Shown here: positions 19,819-25,376 of the stretch, piece by piece
How the letters are laid out: the number at the start of each line of letters is the position of its first letter
Numbering within the stretch: the stretch's first letter is position 1
Source of the DNA: Fonticula alba ATCC 38817
Taxonomy: Eukaryota; Protista; Nucleariida
Reading direction: 5' to 3' (one strand)
DNA length: 25,376 nt
Assembly: GCA_000388065.2 (NCBI GenBank)
Contig: KB932203.1
Made by a program: the position numbers and the translations under genes
The notes under the pieces: generated by a model
The model's input: only the letters and a program-made list of their open reading frames with translations
What the model was told of the DNA's origin: nothing
Database searches by the model: none

Positions 19819-21967
19819 TCACGAGCTGATCATCTGCAGAGTGGACCAGGTGACCGTGGTGTTGACTGGCCGGGCGATGGCCGGGAGGATGGGCGCACCG
19901 GCCGGGGCGGGCTCGCTGGTGGCCGAGGACAGACGGACGCCCTTGTCGGAGGCGGCCCGGCGCTGCAGGGCCTGCATGAGATCCGCCTCCTCCGGGGTCA
20001 GGCCGACCGCCGCACGCGCCCAAGCGGTGAGCTCCGTGCCGGCGGCCGAATCGGCGTCCTCCGGGTCGGCCGGGTCCGGCAGGAAGTCCCGCTCACGCAG
20101 CCACACGAAGAAGTGGAAATCATGCGCCGCGTCATTGCCCCCGGTGGTGGCCGCGGTGGCCTGATGCCCGCGGAAGTGCGCGCGCAGCACGGCCGACGCG
20201 TGCACCGGCGTCGGCGAGCGGTTTTCCACCGGGAAGGGACAGGGAGAGCTGTCAGGGAAGACCGGCCGCGGACGGACCACCGTCAGGTCCACCACGCCGC
20301 CCAGCAGGGGCGAAGACTGCATCGACGAAGCACCGGAGGACATCATCAACGGCGAGGAACGGGCCGAGGATGCGCCCGACAGAGACCCCAGCGAGGAGAG
20401 CGAGGACATCGGCGAGCCGCCGGCCGACGACGACACCCCGGAGGTGGACATGGCCGACCCGGGGGTCGAGGAGTCCCGCGTGCCCGGGGCCGGGAACCCG
20501 TGCGTCAGGGACACCAGCATCAGCTCCACCGGGAACAGGGGCGATGCCTTCTTGGTGACCTTGTCATCGAGGGCGTCCTGCTCACTGGAGCCAAGCCACA
20601 GCAGGGGGCAGCCACGGGCGGTCGCCCACGATCCGGCGGTGTTAGCAAAGCCGCGACCACCCATGCGAGTACCCCTCCCGAGACCGACATGGCCGGCGCT
20701 CGCGCGCATGCCCAACCCGCGCCACGGGGATGCCCCCGCCGCTGGGCCCTCCCCGGCATACGCGGCATGGGACGAGTCACCGCACGCAGCCGAAGGACCC
20801 CGGAAGGGGGCAGCACGCACCTGAACAGGAGATCCGGCACAAAACGGCCAGGCACCTCGGGCAGCGCATACATGGCGGTCGGCTCGCTGGAAGCGGTGAC
20901 CAACCCGGTGGCCGCGATCAGGGCCACCGCCTGGTCGGAGGCCATGTACGCCTCGAGAGCGGGGTTGCCATCGCGGTCGCCTGTTGCCACACGCCGCGGG
21001 GGGTTAGATGGATGGAAGCGGCAACAGCAGGGCGAGAGGAGGGGAAAAGGGAGATCTGGCGAGAAGGAGCGACGGGAGGAGGGGACAGCGCTGGCGCCAA
21101 GCTCGCAGCACACGTGCCATGGACAATGACCGACACGAAGCGGCTCCCAAAGTGGCCCCCCTCGGCGCCGGGCATCTGCACGGACCCGCTGCCGCCCCCA
21201 TGCTTGGACAGGGCAAATTGCATGCGCGCCATGGCGGCCACCTCGACGCAGGTCACCGGCGACCCGTCCAGAAGCTTGGGGGCCGCGCGGTGGCGGAGGA
21301 GCTCCAGCGCCGCGGCCGGGTCCGTGCCGGCCACGGCCTCGAGCTCCAGCTCGCGGTCCGACTTGACCGGGTGCATGCGCGGCTTCACCCGCCCGGCGCC
21401 GGTGCCATCATCCTCCAAGTCGGTCCAGATGGCGCCGACCACGCACAGCGGCTCCAGCAGCAAGCGCGCCCCGGCGGCCGAGATGGTGCTCGGATCGGCC
21501 GGCGGGTTGAGCGGCGCCGGGACCAACGGCCGGAGGATGCCATTCAGCCGGGCCACCTCGGCCGCGAAGTCCTCGGCCTTCAGGCGGATGGCCCCGCGCC
21601 CGGCCGCCGACCCCGGCTCGTCCTCCTGCTCCGGCTCGTAGATGGCACACACGCGCGCCTGGATGCCGAGCGGCACCCCGGTGTAGGGCTCCAGCCGGCC
21701 GACCAGCAGGCCGAAACGCTGGCGCCGGGCGCCGGAGTTGCGCCAGCTGGCCAGGAACCGATCGACCAGGTGCGGCGCCTCAAAGAGGACATGGTCCACA
21801 TGGCGGTACTCCTGCGAGGCCAGGCGCACGGCCGGCGGCATGGCAGCCACGGACACCGGCCCGGCCGCCGGGTCGGCCGCCTTCGTGGCCTCGGCCAGTG
21901 CGGCGATTCCATCGTCCACCACGGCCAACTGGGCACAAGGGAGCGCGGCGGGGGCATCAGTACAGGT

Positions 21968-22000
<33 letters not shown>

Positions 22001-22459
22001 ACCCACGGGGCAGGCAGGAAGGAGGTCGGGCCGGGCCAAGCGGCTGGGTCCGATGAAGGGACGCGCACCTTGCCATGCAGGGCACTGGAACGCGAGGCGT
22101 CCATGCGTGCGCGGACAAACGCATGCGCACTGGCGTGCTTGATGCCACGCTCATTGCGGTACGAGGCCTCCAGCGGGGACTGCGTCAGAAAGGCCGGGCC
22201 TCGCCCGGCGCCATCCGGCGCAGGAGTCGTGCGCACCGGCACCACGGCCGGGGTGGCCGCCGCCGCCGCCGCCGCCGTGGGCACTAGGAGCGGATCGGCC
22301 AGCGGGTCTTGGCATGCCAGCAGCACCTGGTCCAGCGGGTTGGCGGCGGCGGCGGCCGGGCGCTTGGCCGTGGTCCCGGTGTTGCTCACCAAAAAGAGCA
22401 TCGCACCGTTCCTGCGCCGGGGGAAGGGCAGCCGGACCAAGGCCATGCGAGTGGGCGGC

Positions 22460-22490
<31 letters not shown>

Positions 22491-22820
22491 CCAGTGATGG
22501 TGGTTGCCGCATGCTCCACGGGGTCAGTGCGATGGTATGCCGAGTGGGCGAGAGCGAGACAAGGCCCAGGACCCGGGGCAGCTGGGGGAGGCCACGATCC
22601 TGGCGGAGAGCACGCACGGGAGATCATGCGACAGCAGGCCCGAGTCGGCTGGAAGGAGCGTCTTGCCGGCCGGGTCCAGGGCCAGCCCCGGGCTCGGGGC
22701 GCCTGCGTCCGCCGTCGGGAGCTGCGCCGCGGCAAACTCGCCAACGGTCATGCCTTCAAGCCCGGCCAACGGCACGCGCTTGGTCAGGCCGTTGGGCATG
22801 CGCACGCGAAAGACAGATGC
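19819..22820 (-). CDS. NPLOC4: NPL4 (Cdc48/p97 cofactor), 5'-partial; exons 22820-22618, 22411-22069, 21928-21118, 20980-20821, 20584-19819 (~760 aa)
   Basis: UBL-like start FRVRMPNGLTKRV...NGAMLFL. MPN-region motifs QEYRHVDHVLFE..LVDRFLASWRNSG..RFGLLVGR...VPLGIQARVCAIYEP, VGAIWTDL, FGSRFVSVIV, EAYMASDQ, VPDLLF, PVELMLVSLTHGFP, FPVENR, HDFHFFVWL, WSTLQMI. The first exon is probably in or beyond the gap at 22847-23556. Confidence 0.93.
20981..21117 (-). other. Predicted non-canonical GC-AG intron in NPL4 (G|GCACGT ... CTAAC ... CAG|)
   Basis: The only junction I found that keeps VSVIVH-GDRDGNPALEAY in frame. A branch motif lies ~20 nt before the CAG. Confidence 0.7.
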
Positions 22821-22846
22821 CTGCACCAGGGAGCAGAGAGCCGAGC

Positions 22847-23556
22847 NNNNNNNNNNNNNNNNNNNNNNNNNNNNNNNNNNNNNNNNNNNNNNNNNNNNNN
22901 NNNNNNNNNNNNNNNNNNNNNNNNNNNNNNNNNNNNNNNNNNNNNNNNNNNNNNNNNNNNNNNNNNNNNNNNNNNNNNNNNNNNNNNNNNNNNNNNNNNN
23001 NNNNNNNNNNNNNNNNNNNNNNNNNNNNNNNNNNNNNNNNNNNNNNNNNNNNNNNNNNNNNNNNNNNNNNNNNNNNNNNNNNNNNNNNNNNNNNNNNNNN
23101 NNNNNNNNNNNNNNNNNNNNNNNNNNNNNNNNNNNNNNNNNNNNNNNNNNNNNNNNNNNNNNNNNNNNNNNNNNNNNNNNNNNNNNNNNNNNNNNNNNNN
23201 NNNNNNNNNNNNNNNNNNNNNNNNNNNNNNNNNNNNNNNNNNNNNNNNNNNNNNNNNNNNNNNNNNNNNNNNNNNNNNNNNNNNNNNNNNNNNNNNNNNN
23301 NNNNNNNNNNNNNNNNNNNNNNNNNNNNNNNNNNNNNNNNNNNNNNNNNNNNNNNNNNNNNNNNNNNNNNNNNNNNNNNNNNNNNNNNNNNNNNNNNNNN
23401 NNNNNNNNNNNNNNNNNNNNNNNNNNNNNNNNNNNNNNNNNNNNNNNNNNNNNNNNNNNNNNNNNNNNNNNNNNNNNNNNNNNNNNNNNNNNNNNNNNNN
23501 NNNNNNNNNNNNNNNNNNNNNNNNNNNNNNNNNNNNNNNNNNNNNNNNNNNNNNNN
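22847..23556. other. Largest assembly gap (N-run); probably hides NPL4 exon 1 and its promoter
   Basis: N-run seen directly. The NPL4 exon at 22820 begins at a CAG acceptor with no ATG. Confidence 0.9.
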
Positions 23557-23783
23557 ATGCACGTTCGTTGGCAGTTGGTTCTATATTACATCTGAGAGAG
23601 GAGGGCGCCTCTCGGCCGGGCGTCCGGCCCCCCCGCCCCCCCCCCCCCCTCTCCCCGCCTGAAGGGCGGGAGAGAGACGCAGGACGGGAGAAGGAGGAAG
23701 AGGGGGGTGCAGGACGATGGAGGCACCGGGCGGGGAGCGGAGTAGGCAGGGCAACAACAAGGACAGGGGGCGCGCATGCGCGC

Positions 23784-24810
23784 TTAGTTGAACTTCACCG
23801 AGCGGACGTTGTAGTCCTTGATGCCGGTGACCTCGCCCTCGTAGGGGTTGAGCTCCGGCTGCCAGGACTTGTGGCCGGCGCTCTTGAGCTTGATCTTGGC
23901 CTGCTCGAAGCGGATGCGGCGCTTGACGCGGGGGTTCTTCAGCAGCTTGTTGCGCTTGGGCGTCAGGCCGCGATTGGAAATGATGCTCTTCTCCAGCAGG
24001 CGCTTGGAGCCGATGACGTTGGCCGCATCCTCGGGGGCGGACTCGCTGGGCGAGGGGTAGACGGGCGAACAGGAGCGGGCCGGGGAGGGGGCAGGGGGGG
24101 GCAGGGGGAGCGAGAGACAAAGAGGGAGGCAGGAGGAGTGTTAGGGGCAAAGGCCAGCGGGGAAGCCGCAAGCGGCCGGGCGACGGCCCCGGCCCCAGGG
24201 GGGGAGGGGTCCAAGGGACAGTCGCAGCCCGGGGATATCGCGGCGAGGCGAAGAAGCGCAAGAAGGATGGCGCAAAAGCGCCAGGAGGGAGGGGGGGGGA
24301 GAAACCGAGCAAGCAAGCAAGAGACAAGCACAGGAACAGGTCACACATGACGCACCCCTTGACAGCGGCGCGGGCAGCACGGCGAGCCGCCGCCGCCGTG
24401 GCGATCTCCTGGTAGTAGGCCAGGCTGTCCTGGACCGCGCCGGCCGGCGCGTCGGCCTCATCCTCGACCTGCTGCTTGGCCAGCTGCTGGCGCATGTGGG
24501 CCGCGCGCAGGCGCTTGCGCTCCGAGGCCCCGTGCATGCCGTCGGCACCGGCGGCCGTGGGCAGCGCGCGCTTCTTGGTGGTCGGCGCCGGGCCCTTGGA
24601 CGAGGCCGCGGCACCGGTGGCCGATTTGGCCACAATGTCGGCGCTGCTCAGCCGCTTGGCCCCGGGCTTGTCGGACTTGGAGGCCGGGGCCGAGAAGGAC
24701 GGCAGGCTCGGGACGGCCGACTTGCTGGCGGCCTCGGCCAGGGCGGCGGCCATCTGCGCGCGCCGGTTGCCGTGCGATCCGGCCTTGCGGGCGGGGGCGA
24801 TCATCGACAT
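23784..24810 (-). CDS. UTP3: SAS10/UTP3 C-terminal-domain protein (SSU processome), ~238 aa; exons 24810-24356, 24045-23784
   Basis: SLAYYQEI...KRLLEKSIISNRGLTPKRNKLLKNPRVKRRIRFEQAKIKLK...YEGEVTGIKDYNVRSVKFN is the Sas10 C-terminal domain signature. The intron is GT-AG, phase 2. The start codon is inferred. Confidence 0.82.
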
Positions 24811-25376
24811 GGCGATCGGGGGGAAAGAGAAAGGGCAAGAGGGGCCGGCGGCGGGGGGCGGGGGGGGGGGGGAAGAGAGGGGGAGGGGGCGGGAGGGGAG
24901 GGGAGGGCACAAGAGGGGCGCGCGTGGGCGAGAGGAAGATGCATGCTTGTCCGGGGCGCATGGTGCAAATCGAGCTCGTCCTGGCCTTTTGACTCTCGAG
25001 ATGTCCGTCACACACAGCCACACACACATGCGCGTGCGCACACACGCACACACGCACACACACACGGGACGGTGGTCCCTTGCCCCCCAGTCCTTCTCCT
25101 GCCCGCGCGGGCCGACAGCGTCATCCATGGTGCGTCCATGCCCGGGGCAGCGGCCCCGGCGGGGCGGCAGCAGCAACACACACACGCGCGGGGCCGGCCG
25201 CACGACCACACGATGCTGCGCATGTGACCAGGATCACGCGAACTCCGGGCGCGCCCGCGGAGCCCCCGGTCCAGGCACCGGCCGTGTGTATGTGTATGTG
25301 TGTACTTCCGCGCGCCACGGCCGCGAATGGGCGCCGGAGCGATTCTGAGGGGGTTCCGTCGGGGGGGGGGGGGGGG

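Noticed and set aside
17146-22820. Convergent DCAF10-like and NPL4 pair as a ubiquitin-pathway module
   Set aside because: Two genes from a very large functional class, with no overlap or shared regulatory sequence seen.
1-25376. Many long overlapping ORFs in the six-frame track (for example 3595-5202, 14679-16628, 19258-21129, 21008-23662)
   Set aside because: They are antisense or off-frame shadows of real exons, stop-poor GC-rich sequence, or ORFs extended through N-gaps. None carries recognisable domains beyond the modelled genes.
1-25376. Transposons, viral genes, tRNA/rRNA, selenocysteine or stop-codon readthrough signals
   Set aside because: No transposase/RT motifs, terminal repeats, cloverleaf structures or in-frame stops were needed for any gene model.

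Overview
GC-rich, intron-rich eukaryotic genomic DNA with no prokaryotic, viral, CRISPR, rRNA or tRNA features. The style (GTGCGT donors, (CA)n/(CT)n and poly-C intron tracts, Ala/Pro/Gly-rich insertions) and gene content suggest a unicellular opisthokont. My best guess is the holomycotan amoeba Fonticula alba; this is inference only. By hand-splicing I reconstructed nine genes and one orphan first exon. In order: unknown first exon (-, 99-233); ERCC1 (-); a small LAMTOR5/HBXIP-like gene (-) missed by the ORF track; a TMC transmembrane channel-like gene (+); RRP41/EXOSC4 (+); a Phafin/PLEKHF PH+FYVE gene (-); GDT1/TMEM165 (+); an intronless DCAF10-like WD40 ORF (+); NPL4 (-); and a short SAS10/UTP3 C-terminal-domain gene (-). 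The points most worth checking are an NPL4 that has lost both CHCC zinc fingers, a non-animal TMC channel with a substitution at a key acidic pore position and a PPxY tail, a SAS10 lacking its C1D-like domain, a GC-AG intron, and a donor consensus with no A at +4 in 32 introns. Family assignments come from remembered sequences, not database searches. Seven N-gaps limit some models.
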